A stretch of 64,000 nt of DNA from Malacoraja senta (lineage: Eukaryota). This document shows, piece after piece, positions 13,287 to 25,833 of this stretch. The stretch is from positions 9,054,001 to 9,118,000 of the forward strand of contig CM075992.1 of assembly GCA_038087875.1 (NCBI GenBank). Direction: 5' to 3'. The number at the start of each line of letters is the position of its first letter. Within the stretch, counting starts at the first letter, position 1. The notes below the pieces were generated by a model. It worked only from the letters and a program-made list of their open reading frames with translations, was not told the DNA's origin and searched no databases. The position numbers were made by a program, and so were the translations under genes.

Positions 13287-13959
13287 CCTTCTGATCTGCC
13301 TTATTATTTAGTCGGCCACCATGCAGTTAGCTAACACTAGACAAAATGCCACCTATTCCTTTTCTCCAGAAATGCTGAAGTAGGTTGAACCAGAAAAGTC
13401 AACCAGCATCCACAGATTCTTCAGTCTGAAGAAGGATCTCGACCCGAAGCATCAACCCGCTGAGTTACTCCAGCATTTTGTGTCTATCTTCCACAGATTC
13501 TTGCTTCCACATGTAAAAGATCTGGCCCGAGGCATTGCCTATCCATGTTCTCGGAGATGCTGCAGATAGACACACAAGCTTTTCACTGTACCTCGGCACA
13601 AGTGACAATAAACTAAACTAAACTAAACTAAAAGCTGGAGTAATAGCAGGACAGGCAGCATCTCTGGAGAAAAGGAATAGGTGATGTTTCGGATCGAGAC
13701 CTTATTCAGACTGAGAGTCAGGGGAAAGGAAAATGAGTGATATAGACGGTGATGTAGAGAGATATAGAACAAATGAATGAAAGATCTGCAAAAAAAAGTA
13801 ACGATGATAAAGGAAACGGGCCATTGTTAACTGGGAACGAGTACAGACAATGACGACTTTGAAGCTGGTACGAATGTGTTTATTATATTCGGATCAAGCT
13901 GAGGATCTGATGGGCTGACTTATTATTAGTCGGCCGCCACGGATTTAACTAACACTAAT

Positions 13960-14259
13960 GGCACGGTGGCGCAGCGGTAGAGTTGCTTCCTCGCAGCGCC
14001 AGAGACCCGGGTTCGATCCAGACTTCGGGTGCTGTCTGTATGGAGTTTGTACGTTGTCCCCGTGACCACGTGGGTTTCCTCTGAGATCTTCGGTTTCCTC
14101 CCACTCCAAAGACCTACAGGTTTGTCGGTTAATCGGCTTGGTATAAGTGTAAATTGCCCCATAGTGTGTGTAGGATAGTGTTAGTGTGCAGCGATCGCTG
14201 GTCATTGCGGACTCAGTGGGCCAAGGGGCATGTTTCTGCTCTGCATCTCTAAACTAAAC
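13960..14259 (+). mobile_element. V-SINE (HE1-like), full length
   Basis: A-box-like TGGCGCAGCGG, B-box GGTTCGATCC, V core, CR1-type tail. Confidence 0.85.
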
Positions 14260-14811
14260 CAGACAAAACTTGTTCCTTTTCTGCAGAGATGCTGCCTGAT
14301 CCGCTGAGTTACTCCAGCTTTTCGGTGTAAACCAGCATCTTGTATTTCCTTCTTACGCAATTAGTTGGAGTGTCAGTTGTGTAACCTTGTCAGGCGGGGC
14401 GGGGGGGGGTGGGGGGTGGATCAGCAGGGATGGCAGGTGCTGAAGTCCTGAGCAAAACAACATTTTAAAAGACCTGAAAGAACACTAAAGTGCTGGAGTA
14501 ACTCAGCAGGTCAGGCAGCATCTCTGGAGAATATGGATAGGTGACGTTTTGAGCCGTATCTTTTAAACATAGAAGCAAGCGTCTGTTGATGCTACTTTAC
14601 AAAACAAATACTAAGTACTGGAGTAAGTCAACAGGTCGGCAGTATCTGTGAGAGCATGGATAGGTGACATTTTGGGCCATATCTTTTAAATGCACAAGCA
14701 AGGATCTGTAGATGATGGTTTACAAAACAAATACAAGGTGTTGCATAACTCAGCAGGTCAGGCTGTATATTTAGAGAACGTGGATAGCTGACGTTTGGAC
14801 CGACCTTGATA

Positions 14812-15527
14812 CCACCAGGGGGCGTCACATGATGGCAGCCTCGCCAACAGTCTGTGTCCTTCTCGTCTTTTTTTGTTATTTTTAGTGTGTTTTGAAGGTT
14901 TGTGTTGATGTTCTCTGGTTTGTTTTATGTGGGGGTGGGCGGGGGGAGGGGGAGGGGGAAACTTTTTCAATCTCTTACCTTGCCGGGTCGTATCTCTGGT
15001 CACTCTGCGGCTAACATCGTGGAGCTGGAGGCCTTGCTCGGGACTGACTTTGAGTCCCATCGCAGGGGCGTGGACTTACCATCGGAGCCGATTCCTTGCC
15101 TGGGATCGACGCTCCAAACCGCGGCCTGCGGATTTCACCATCGAGGAGCTCGTAGTCTCGGGTAGAGACCGATGTCGGGAAGCTCCAAACGACGCAGAAT
15201 GTTTCGACCTGCCCCGACCCGGGGTAGATCGCCCCGGCGCGGGGAAGCTGAGAAATCCCCCCCCCCCCAATGCAGGAGCTTGATCGCCCTGACGCGAGGG
15301 CCCAAACGCCGACGGCTACGGGAGTAAGATCGTCCCGTCAACGTAAGGCTCGAGGTCCCCGACTGCGGGAGAACAAAGAAGGGAAAAGATTGAACTATTT
15401 TTCGCCTTCCATCACAGTGAGGAATGTGGAGGAGTCACTGTGGTGGATGTTTATGTTAATGTATTAAATGAAATTCCTCGTATGTTGCAAAACATACTTG
15501 GCTAATAAAGTATGATTATGATTATGA
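14812..15527 (+). mobile_element. GC-rich non-autonomous retroelement with Rex1-type 3' tail, copy 1
   Basis: Shares TATGTGGGGG..GGGGGAAAC and TTCGCCTTCCATCACAGTGAGGA blocks with three other copies; ends in a stem-loop, AATAAA and (TATGAT)n. Confidence 0.6.
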
Positions 15528-17184
15528 TGTTCTCCAGAGATACTGCCTGTCCTGCTGAGTTACTCCAGCATTTTGTATTTGTTTTGTAAACCAGCATCTA
15601 TAATTCCTTGCTTCTACATTTAAAAGATCTGGCACTGAAACATCGCCTATCCATGTTCTCAGAGATGCTGCCTGACCTGCTGAGTTACTCCAGCACTTTG
15701 TGTCTTTAAAAAAAAATAAACCAACATCTGCAGTTCCTTGTTTCAAAATATTTGGACAGGTACTTGGATAGGAAAGGGGTATGGATCAAACACAGGCAAG
15801 TGGAACTATGTAGATGGGGCACAAAAAGCTGGAGTAACTCAGCGGGTCGGACAGCCTCAAGAGAAAAAGAATAGGTGACGTTTCGGGTCGAGACCCTTCT
15901 GCATATGAGGTAAATTGGTTTGCATGGGCAAGTTTTGGCGAAGGGCCTGTTTGACAATGCTAGAGTCTCTAAAATCATGAGAGGAATAGATCGGGTAGAT
16001 GCACAGAGTCTCTTGCCCAGAGTAGGTGAATCGAGGACCAGAGGACATAGGTTTAAGGTGAAGGGGAAAGGATTGAATCGGAATCTGAGGGGTAACACAA
16101 AGGGTGGCGGGTGTATGGAACAAGCTGCCAGAGGAGGTAGTTGAGGCTGGGGCTATCACAATGTTTACGAAACAGTTAGACAGGTACATGGATAGGACAG
16201 GTTTGGAAGGATATGGACCAAACACAGGCAGGTGGGACTAGTGTAGCTGGGACATGTTGGTCGGTGTGGGCAAGTTGGGCCGAAGGGCCTGTTTCCACGC
16301 TGCATCATTCTATGATTCTAATAGTGTGAAAAGGGGGAAAGGCAGGCAGAGACGGGGGAATTTATAATGGGGACGAGGAAATGGCAGAGGAGTTAAAAGA
16401 TGACTGTGTCCTTTTTCTTAGAAGAACTTGAACAACTTTCCAGAAATATCAGAAAACCATTAATCTCAATGAGAATGGGGAACTGAAGGAAGCATGGTTT
16501 CATGTGAAACTAGTGCTTGAGGTTTATGAGATAAGTAGTTGGTGAGGATTAGCTCTTGTGCCTCTGACAAGCAAACCAACATCATCAAACCTACCTAAGT
16601 GTAATATTTGAATCTGAAGGTAGACACAAAATGCTGGAGTAACTCAGTGGGACCGGAGGCATCTCTGGAGAGAAGGAGTGGGTGATGTTTCGTGTCGAGA
16701 CCCTTCTTGTCTCCAGAGATGTTGCCTGTCCCGCTGTGTTACTCCAGCATTTTGTATCTATCTTCGGTGTAAACCAGCATCTGCAGTTCCTTCCTACATA
16801 TTTGAATCTGAGTTGAGTTTTGGACCTCCTCCATATCATCTCTATGTCCATCTCCAGAACTTGTCCTGCCTCCATTTGCTGCAAAAGTCTTTCATTATCT
16901 CTGGACTTTCATTATCAATTGACTAATCCACCACATTCCTGTCTGGCCTCCTTCATTCCATAATCAGTGAATGTGAAGTTATCGAAGACCTTTCTGCCTG
17001 TGTGATGTGCATCTAGATCACCCATCACAATGTGGTTCTGGTTAACCAATGTTTGGTTTTTAAAACACTCGTCCTCATACAGAGATGCCATGTTTGGTTT
17101 TGCCTCTACCTGCCTCTTCAACTGTTCAATGTAACTTTATTTGGCACCAGAAATGTGGTGACTGTCTAGTTTAGTTGTGTACTA

Positions 17185-17735
17185 TAGACAATAGACAATA
17201 GGTGCAGGAGTAGGCCATTCGGCCCTTCGAGCCAGCACCGCCATTCAATGTGATTATGGCTGATCATCCCCAATCAGTACCCCGTTCCTGCCTTCTCCCC
17301 ATATCCCCTGACTCCGCTATTTTTAAGAGCCCTATCTAGCTCTCTCTTGAAAGCATCCAGAGAAACGGCCTCCACCGCCCTCTGAGGCAGAGAATTCCAC
17401 AGACTCACCACTCTCTGTGAGAAAAAGTGTTTCTTCGTCTCCGTTCTAAATGGCTTACTCCTTATTCTTAAACTGTGGCCCATGGTTCTGGACTCCCCCA
17501 ACATCAGGAACATGTTTCCTGCCTATAGTGTGTCCAAGTCCTTAACAATCTTATATGTTTCAATGAGATGCCCTCTCATCCTTCTAAACTCCAGAGTGTA
17601 CAAGCCCAGCTGCTCCATTCTCTCAGCATATAACAGTCCCGCCATCCCAGGAATTAACCTTGTAAACCTACGCTGCACTCCCTTAATAGCAAGAATGTCC
17701 TTCCTCAAATTAGGGGACCAAAACTGCACACAAAA
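17185..17735 (-). mobile_element. CR1-clade LINE 3' fragment
   Basis: CVQFWSPNLRKDILAIKGVQRRFTRLIPGMAGL...WNSLPQRAVEA. Confidence 0.85.
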
Positions 17736-18480
17736 CTGCAAAACTGTACTGTTTAGTTTAGTTTAGAGATACATCGTCGAAACCGAGTCAACACCGACCA
17801 GCGATCCCCGCACACATTAACACTACCCGACACCCACTCGGACAATTTTACATTTATACCAAGCCAATTGACCTACAAACCTGTACGTCTTTGGAGTGTG
17901 GGAGGAAATCGGAGATCTCGGAGAAAACCCACGCGGTCACGGGGAGAATGTGCCAACTCCAGACACACAACACCCTTAGTCAGGATCGAACCTGGGTCTT
18001 TGGCGCTGTGAGGCGGTAGCTCAACCATGTCACCCGAATGTAATGTGCATTTAGATCACCCATTACAATATGGTGTTTATGAAGGAACTGCAGATGCTGG
18101 AAAATCAAAGGTAGACAAAAGTGCTGGAGAAACTCAGCAGGTGAGGCAGCATCTATGGAGCGAAGGAAATAGGCGACGTTTCACGTCAAGACCCTTCTTC
18201 AGACTAGGTGAGTGAGGTCTGTAGTATGATTTTACCGGGTTGTATGTAAAACCAAACATTTCACTGTACCTAGGTACATTTGACAATAAAGTCACATAAT
18301 TAAATCATTAAATTCTCAATAGGAGGGAACTGTAGATGCTGGTTTAAACCGAAGATAGACACAAATTGTTGGAGTAACTCAGCAGGGACCGGCAGCATAT
18401 CTGGAGAGAAGGGATGGGTGGCGTTTTGGGTCGAGACCCTTCTTCAGACTGAAATCAGGGAAAGGGAAACAAGAGATATA

Positions 18481-19256
18481 GAATGCCTTTTATTGTCATT
18501 CAAACAGCTTGGTTTGAACGAAATTTCATTCCTACAGTCTTAACATTACAAAAAAAAAACAAGACCCACACTTAACACAATTCACACAAACATCCATCAC
18601 AGTGAATCTCCAACACCTCCTCACTTTGATGGAAGGCAAAAGTCTTATCTCTTCCCTTTGTTCTTCTCCCGCGGACCAGCAGTCCAACTGCTGCGTCGAG
18701 GAGACTGGGGCACCCGATGTTAAAGCCCCCGGTGGGCGATGGTAAGTCCCGTGGCCGTTTAAGCCGCGCCGGGCGATGTTAGGCCCTGCTCCGAGTCATT
18801 TAAACCCCGCGATTCTGGCGGGAGATGTTGCTGTTGCGGGAGCTCCGAAAAGCGGTCTCCCACCAGGTCTCCCACCAGCGGTCTCCACCGGGTCTGCGGC
18901 CGGAGCCTCCGAAGCTCCGAAGTCGGGTCGCAGCTGCGCGCCACCACAGCTCTCCCGCTCCGAAGTCGGCCAGCTCCGCGATGGCAAATCCGCAGGCTCC
19001 GCGACTGGAGCCCTCAGGTTGGTTCCGGTTGGAGGCCGCCGCCGGCTCCACGATGTTAGGCCCAACGACATCGGTGACCCGACAGGGAAAAAGTCGGGTC
19101 CCCGTACAGGGAAGAGATTAACGGTTTCCCCCACCCCCCACATATACACAGCTAAAAAAGAATAAAAACTAGAATCAAAAACATAAATTTAACGAGACAA
19201 AATAAAAAAGACAGACGGACTGCAGTCGAGCCGCTGCCGTTAGGCACCACCACACC
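18481..19256 (-). mobile_element. GC-rich non-autonomous retroelement, copy 2
   Basis: 5' GCCTAACGGCAGCGGCTCGACTGCAGTCCGTCTGTC closely matches copy 3; 3' stem-loop plus TGACAATAAA. Confidence 0.65.
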
Positions 19257-19852
19257 ACATATAGACGGATATAGAGAGATATAGAACAAATGAATTAAAG
19301 TAATGCAAAATTATTTATCTATACCTCTCCTAGATATCTCCACTGCTTCAGTTCAAGTCTCTTGTCTTTTATGTTGTTTAATTGTTCCATCTTCAGCTTC
19401 CAAGGGTCTATGCTCTGGAATTCCTTCCAGAAACCTGCCTGCCTCTCTCTGGGGGAAATTCTGTAACATTTGTCTCTTTTAGCAAGTCCTTGGTCATCTA
19501 ACTACTCCTGGCCCCAAATGTTTTTAATTTGATAATAATTGCTTATATGAGGTACATTTTGCTGATTGGTGGTGCGAATCTGGGATTAAGACGAGTTGGA
19601 CAGGAAGTCGGAGTATATTTCTTCACGGTGAGGTTAGAATGAGAAATTCTCAGTTTTGTACAATCTTGAAACGGCTTTCCTTATTGCTTGTGTAAGAAAA
19701 TGGAATCCCACTGTACGAGGACAATGACTGATCCATAGCCTGCATCAGTCAGTCTGCGTCCTTTAACCTGTAAACTATGGCCTACCGCCACTATATTTCC
19801 ACCTGCAGGGAGCAAGTCCGATTCTGTCCAAACTAGTTTTCTGTCAGACTAA

Positions 19853-20447
19853 TGGGCCTGTCCCACTTAGGCGATTTTTTTTCCAGCGATTGCCAGAGAC
19901 TGTCACAGTTGTAGCAGGTCGCCGAAAAAGCAGAGACTGGGCTGTTTTCACATGGTCGCGGGGTGACGCCTGTATGGTCGTGAGTCGTCTCATCAAGTCG
20001 CCTAAAGTCGTAACGTTTTTCTGGTCGCCGCTGGAGTTTGAAATGTTACGACAATGGCTACGACAACCTACCTCCTAGTCGATGGCAAGCTACCGACAAC
20101 CCAATCGTCGCGACTTTGGACGTCCACCTACGACCACACTGACGACAACATACGACCACAAGCAACAACCCTGTCGTAGGTTGTCGCCAGGATGACGGAG
20201 GTAGTCGCCAATGGATTTCACCGGTCAGCACCCGGCGACAACCAACGTCATCCTGGCGACAACCTACGACAGAAGACAAGCTACGTCAAGCCCAGGTTTG
20301 AACATTTCAAACTCCAGCGGCGACCAGAAAAACGTTACGACTTTAGGCGACTTGAGGAGACGACTCACGACCATACAGGCGTCACCCCGCGACCATGTGA
20401 AAACTGCCCAGTCGCCGAAAAAAAATCGCCAAAGTGGGACAGGGGCA
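19853..20447. mobile_element. PIF/Harbinger-like MITE with long inverted arms
   Basis: Termini GGGCCTGTCCCACTT / AAGTGGGACAGG after TAA; over 100 bp of near-perfect internal inverted repeat (about 19935-20047 vs 20301-20413). Confidence 0.75.
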
Positions 20448-20693
20448 GAAGAGACCAAGGAGACTGAATACCGTATTTTGCTTCACTGCATTTGAACCAA
20501 GTTGAAGTTAACATAGAACAGTGCAGAACAGGCCCTAAGGCCCACAATGTCTATGTGGAACTTGTCAAGGCCAACTCTTGTCTTGCATATAATCCACATC
20601 CATGTGCCAATCCAAAAGCCTCTTAAATGCCACCAATTGTATCTGCCTCATCCCTGGCCCTGCAAGCTTTATTCATCGATATAAAATACTCTT

Positions 20694-21000
20694 CACGGTG
20701 GCGCAGCGGTAGAGCTGCTACCTTATGCACCAGAGACCCGGGTTCACTCCTGACTACGGGTACTAACGGTACGGAGTTTGCACCTTCTTCCCGTGACCTG
20801 CGTGGGTTTTCTCCGGGAGCTCCGGTTTCATTCCACACTCCAGAGACGTACAGGTTTGAAGGCTAATTGGCTTGTTAAAAAATTGTAAATTGTCCCTAGT
20901 GTGTGTAGGATAGTGTAGTGTATGGGGATCACTGGTTGGCACGGACTTGGTGGGCCGAAAAGGGCCAGTTTCCGCACTGTATCTCCAAACTAAAGTAAAG
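20694..21000 (+). mobile_element. V-SINE (HE1-like)
   Basis: Head, core and tail as in the other copies. Confidence 0.8.
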
Positions 21001-21105
21001 GAGGATTTGACTTCTGTAACCTCTAACCTCTCTAACTTCAAATAGCCCTTGCTTTCCCTCTCTCTCCATCCCCTCCCCTTTCCCAGTTCTCCCACCGGTC
21101 TTGCT

Positions 21106-21820
21106 CAAAGATCCCATAGCGGAGCAAGATAGACCACTCCTGCTAAATGCAATGGGCTGACGTGTAGTACGCAACGGAGCGGAACGTGGGCTTTTTTTCA
21201 TCCATTTCAGTGACCGGACCGACCCGACTCGCAGTGTAATCAACGTTGCGGGGAACAGTTTGTGTTAATAAATTATAATTCTGAAAACGAGGAGAAGATT
21301 TTTACCAAAGAACTTTTATTTTTACAAGGATGTTTCCTGGAGGTACCGAGGTCTAAGCGGAAGCTCAGAGGGATAGAGCCTTCTCTGTTGCTGCTCCGAT
21401 ATTATGGAACACTTTACCTTTGCACATTAGACAGGCCCCTTCACTGTCCATTTTCAAAACTAGTCTTAAAACCCTTTTCTATTCCTTGGCTTTTGACCCT
21501 GCATGAGACTTTGCTCCTGTTTTAGTGTTCTATTGTTTTTACTGTCTTTAATGTTTTTAATGTTTTGTTTTATGTTAATGATTGGTCATGTACAGCACTT
21601 TGTTGCAACAGTGGTTGTTTTTAAAGTGCTCTATAAATAAAGTTCAGTTCAGTAACCGGTTTCCGTCTCCGCACTAGTATCTTTGCTCCGCTATGGTATC
21701 TATGGTGCGGTGACTGAAGCCGGTTACTGAAATGGGGCCGAAAATTACCCATGAATCTGCCCATGACCGTACTACGTCTTTTTCGTCGAGTGGTCTATCT
21801 TGCTCACTATAGAATCTTTG
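21106..21820. mobile_element. hAT-like MITE (CAAAGAT family) interrupted by an L2-like LINE 3' fragment (about 21337-21652)
   Basis: TIRs CAAAGATCCCATAG / CTATAGAATCTTTG; 8-bp flanks gtcttgct / gtcttgtt. The insert resembles L2 3' ends (GATAGAGCCTTCTCTGTTGCTGCTCC...TGGAAC...AATAAA). Confidence 0.75.
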
Positions 21821-22619
21821 GTCTTGTTGTCTCTGACTACATTATATATCTGTACCGCCCACTCCCCTGACATCAGTCTGAAGAAGGGTCTCGACCTGAA
21901 ACCTTCTCTCCAGAGATGCTGCCTGTCTCGCTGAGTTACTCCAGCGTTTTGTGTCTATCTTCAATTTTTCATTCTCACAGCTTTAAAATGGCGATGGTCG
22001 GGAAAGCTGCTTTGGGAGGGGGTCTGTGTCAGTAAAGTACGAGTGCGTGGCTCGACTGGGACCAGTCGCAGGTTGTGTTCGATTTGCTTGCTTTTTTTTT
22101 TGCGGCGTATTTGTTCGTTTGCACAACCTGGTTTGTGAATGAGTAATCCAACTGTTGGCAAGCATAGGTAGTTCTTATTGGATGTGGAAACTTTGTAAAA
22201 GTTGCACTACTCCAGCAAAAACCTGAGTACAATGATTAGTACGGGTGTCAGGGTGGAGAATGGGGTTAGGAGGAGAGATAGATCAGCCATGATTGAATGG
22301 GGGAGTAGACTTGATGGGCCGAATGGCCTAATTCTGCTCCTGTCACTATTTATGAACACTACATCTGAACTTGTTCACCATAATTAAATCCGCAGACCCA
22401 TCAAGTCTAGCGATGCCCGCATATTAACACTATCCTACACCCTAGGGGCAATTTAAATTTATACCAAGCCAATAGAGTATACTCTACACTCTATACTTCT
22501 AAACTGACCATTGAAGGGATCTACAGGAGTTGCTGTCTCAAAAAGGCAGTCAGCATCATCAAAGATCCACACCACCCTGGCCACACTCTCATCTTGCTGC
22601 TACCAGTTGGAAGCAGGGA

Positions 22620-23108
22620 CATAGAAACATAGAAAATAGGTGCAGGAGGAGGCCATTTGGCCCTTCCACCCTTCGGGCCAGCACCGCCATTGATTGTAAT
22701 CATGGCTGATCGTCCCCTATCAATAAGCCGTGCCTCCCTTCTCCCCATATCCCTTGACTCCACTAGCCCCTAGAGCTCTATCTAACTCTCTCTTAAATCC
22801 ATCCAGTGATTTGGTCTCCACTGCCCTCTGTGGCAGGGAATTCCATAAATTCACAACTCTCTGGGTGAAAACTTTTTTTCTCACCTCAGTCTTAAATGAC
22901 CTCCCCTCTATTCTAAGACTGTGACCCCTGGTTCTGGACTCGCCCAACATTGGGAAAAATGTTCCTGCATCTAGCTTGTCCAGTCCTTTTATAATTGTAT
23001 ATGTTTCTATAAGATAGCCCCTCATCCTTCTAAACTCCAGTGAATACAAGCCTAGTCTTTTCAATCTTTCCTCATATGACAGTCCCGCCATCCCAGGGAT
23101 CAATCTCG
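22620..23108 (-). mobile_element. CR1-clade LINE 3' fragment, inserted in a Rex1 fragment
   Basis: RLIPGMAGLSYEERLKRLGLYSLEFRRMRG...WNSLP. Confidence 0.85.
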
Positions 23109-24504
23109 TGGTGTGTTTCCAAAACAGGAGCCTGGAAACTATGACCGCAAGGTTCGAGAACAGCTTCTTCCCGGCAACTGTCAGGCTCTTGAACACTGCA
23201 CCGAACATTAATCCCAGCAACTATGATTTTCCATGGTAGACAAAAATGCTGGAGAAACTCAGCGGGTGAGGCAGCATCTATGGAGCGAAGGAAATAGGCA
23301 ACGTTTCGGGTCGAGACCCTTCTTCAGATCTCTTAAACATGACCTTCCATGGACTTTGTTTTTGATGCACTACTGACCATTTTTTGCACTATTGTATCCT
23401 GGTTACTGAGTATTACTGATTATTGATTATTGGATATTTATTTGTGTGTAATTGCATTAATGGGTCAGTAAAGCCGCAGCAAGTAAAAATGTAATGATTC
23501 CGTTGCCGGTACGAGTGACGATTAAATGTGACTGCGTGGGTTTTCCACGAGTGCTCCACCTTTCTCCCACATGCCAAAGAAATGAAGGTTTGTCGGTTAA
23601 TTGGCCCTCTGTGAAATTGTCCCTAGTGTGCAGGGAGTGGATGAGAAAGTGGGATAACATGGAACTAGTGTGAACGGGCGATCGCTGGTCGGCATGGACC
23701 CAGTGGGCCGAAGGGCCTGTTTCCATGCTGTGTCTCTAAACTGAACCTAAACACCTTTGGCACTCCTGGTGAAAGAAAAACGTCTCTAAATGATGGACGA
23801 CTATGGTATTAAATGTTTTTATCTTTACTGGCTGCTAAATTTTAATTAAGTAAAATGTTAAATAAGTGAGGTACTCTTTTGAAGAAATGGAATCGAATTT
23901 TTTTTCTTCTTTCATTCTGTCCTTCAAGTACCTCACAGTTCCAAAGACTCTGGTTCGATTCTGACCTCGGGTACTGTCTGTCTGGAGTTTGCAAGCTCTC
24001 CGTGACCGCCTGGGTTTCCTCCCTTGCCCCAAAGACGTGCGGATTTTGTAGGTTAATTGACAATAGACAATAGGTGCAGGAGTAGGCCATTTGGCCCTTC
24101 GATCCAGCACCGCCATTCAATGTGATCATGGCTGATCATCCCCAATCAGTACCCCATTCCTGCCTTCTCCCCATATCCCCTGACTCCGCTATTTTTAAGA
24201 GCCCTATCTAGCTCTCTCTTGAAAGTATCCAGAGAACCTGCCTCCACCGCCCTCTGAGGCAGAGAATTCCACTCTGTGCAATTGTCCCTAGTGTGTAGGG
24301 AGTGGATGAGAAAGTGGGATGACATAGCACTGGTGTGAACGGATGATCGATGGTCGGCGTGGACTCGGTGGGCCGAAGGGCCTGTTTCCGTGCTGTATCT
24401 CTAAACTAAACCACGTCAGAGCAGTTGCAACATTTTGCTTTGATGTACACTGAAGCAAACATTCAAACAGATTATTTATATCACCTTTCCATTCCTTCAC
24501 ACAG

Positions 24505-24543
24505 AGAAAAATGAAAAAATGGAAGAGATAAAAGCTTCAAAAC
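24505..24543 (+). CDS. GCDH: GCDH coding exon 2 (39-nt micro-exon, EKNEKMEEIKASK)
   Basis: Pyrimidine tract plus cacag acceptor and C|gtaagt donor; phase 1-1 joins exons 1 and 3 in frame; matches the position of the short second coding exon of vertebrate GCDH. Confidence 0.75.
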
Positions 24544-24640
24544 GTAAGTCATGCAATTTAAATCTTATTCCACTGCATGAATATTGTTTTACGGACTTTG
24601 TGGTTTAATTTAGTGTGTGATCGGTTTTAAGGCTGCAGCC

Positions 24641-25370
24641 AATAGACAATAGGTGCAGGAGTAGGCCATTTGGTCCTTCGAGCCAGCACCGCCATTCAAT
24701 GTGATCATGGCTGATCATCCTCAATCAGTACCCCGTTCCTGCCTTCTCCCCATATCCCCTGACTCTGCTATTTTTAAGAGCCCTATCTAGCTCTCTCTTG
24801 AAAGCATCCAGAGAACCTGCCTCCACCGCCGTCTGAAGCTGAGAATTCCACAGACTCGCCACTCTCTGTGAGAAAAAGTGTTTCCTCCAGTCTCCTATTC
24901 TTAAACTGTGACCCCTGGTTCTGGACTCCCCCAACATCACGAACATGTTTCCTGCCTCTAGTGTGTCCAGCCCTTAACAATCTTATATGTTTCAATGAGA
25001 TGCCCTCTCATCCTTCTAAACTCCAGAGTGTACAAGCCCAGCTGCGCCATTCTCTCAGCATATGACAGTCCCGCCATCCCGGGAATTAACCTTGTAAACC
25101 TACGCTGCACTCCCTCAGTAGCAAGAATGTCCTTCCTCAAATTAGCGGACCAAAACTGCACACAACACTCCAGGTGTGGTCTCACTAGGGCTCTGTAAAA
25201 CTGCAGAAGGACCTCTTTGTTCCTATATTCGATTCCTCTTGTTATAAAGGCCAACATGCCATTCGCTTTCTTCACTACCTGCTGTACCTGCATGCTTACT
25301 TTCATAGACTGATGTACAAGGACCCCCAGATCCCGTTGTACTTCCCCTTTTCCCAACTTGACGCCATTTA
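24641..25370 (-). mobile_element. CR1-clade LINE 3' fragment
   Basis: RDLGVLVHQSMKVSMQVQQVVKKANGMLAFI...LVRPHLECCVQFWS. Confidence 0.85.
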
Positions 25371-25689
25371 GGTGCAGGAGTAGGCCTTTTGGCCCTTCGA
25401 GCCAGCACCGCCATTCAATGTGATCATGGCTGATCATCCCCAATCAGTACCCTGTTCCTGCCTTCTCCCCATATCCCCTGCCTCTGCTGTCTTTAAGGGC
25501 TCTATCTAGCTCTCTCTTGAAAGCCGTTCTCATGAACTTATTTCAGCAGTTACTTAACTGGCTAAGATGGTGCTGATTAGAAGTTGATCAGCCAGCAGAC
25601 AGGCAAGGTATTAACCCTGGGGTTTGTGTCGATCGTGGGTCACTGGCTTTCTTTGGATGTTTCCTCATGTTGACCTCCTCTCCCGACAG

Positions 25690-25833
25690 CGGCCAGAGTG
25701 CAGTTTGACTGGCGAGACGCCCTGAACCTGGAGAGCCAGCTGACGGAGGAGGAGATCCTGATCAGAGATACCTTCCATGCCTACTGCCAAGCCAAGCTGA
25801 TGCCCAGGATACTCATGGCAAACCGCAACGAAG
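25690..25833 (+). CDS. GCDH: GCDH coding exon 3
   Basis: [48 protein letters not shown]; 144 nt with AG/GT boundaries. Confidence 0.95.

Noticed and set aside
13960..14030. tRNA genes
   Set aside because: A/B-box sequences are SINE heads that run directly into the V-SINE core; no complete cloverleaf with a Pol III terminator.
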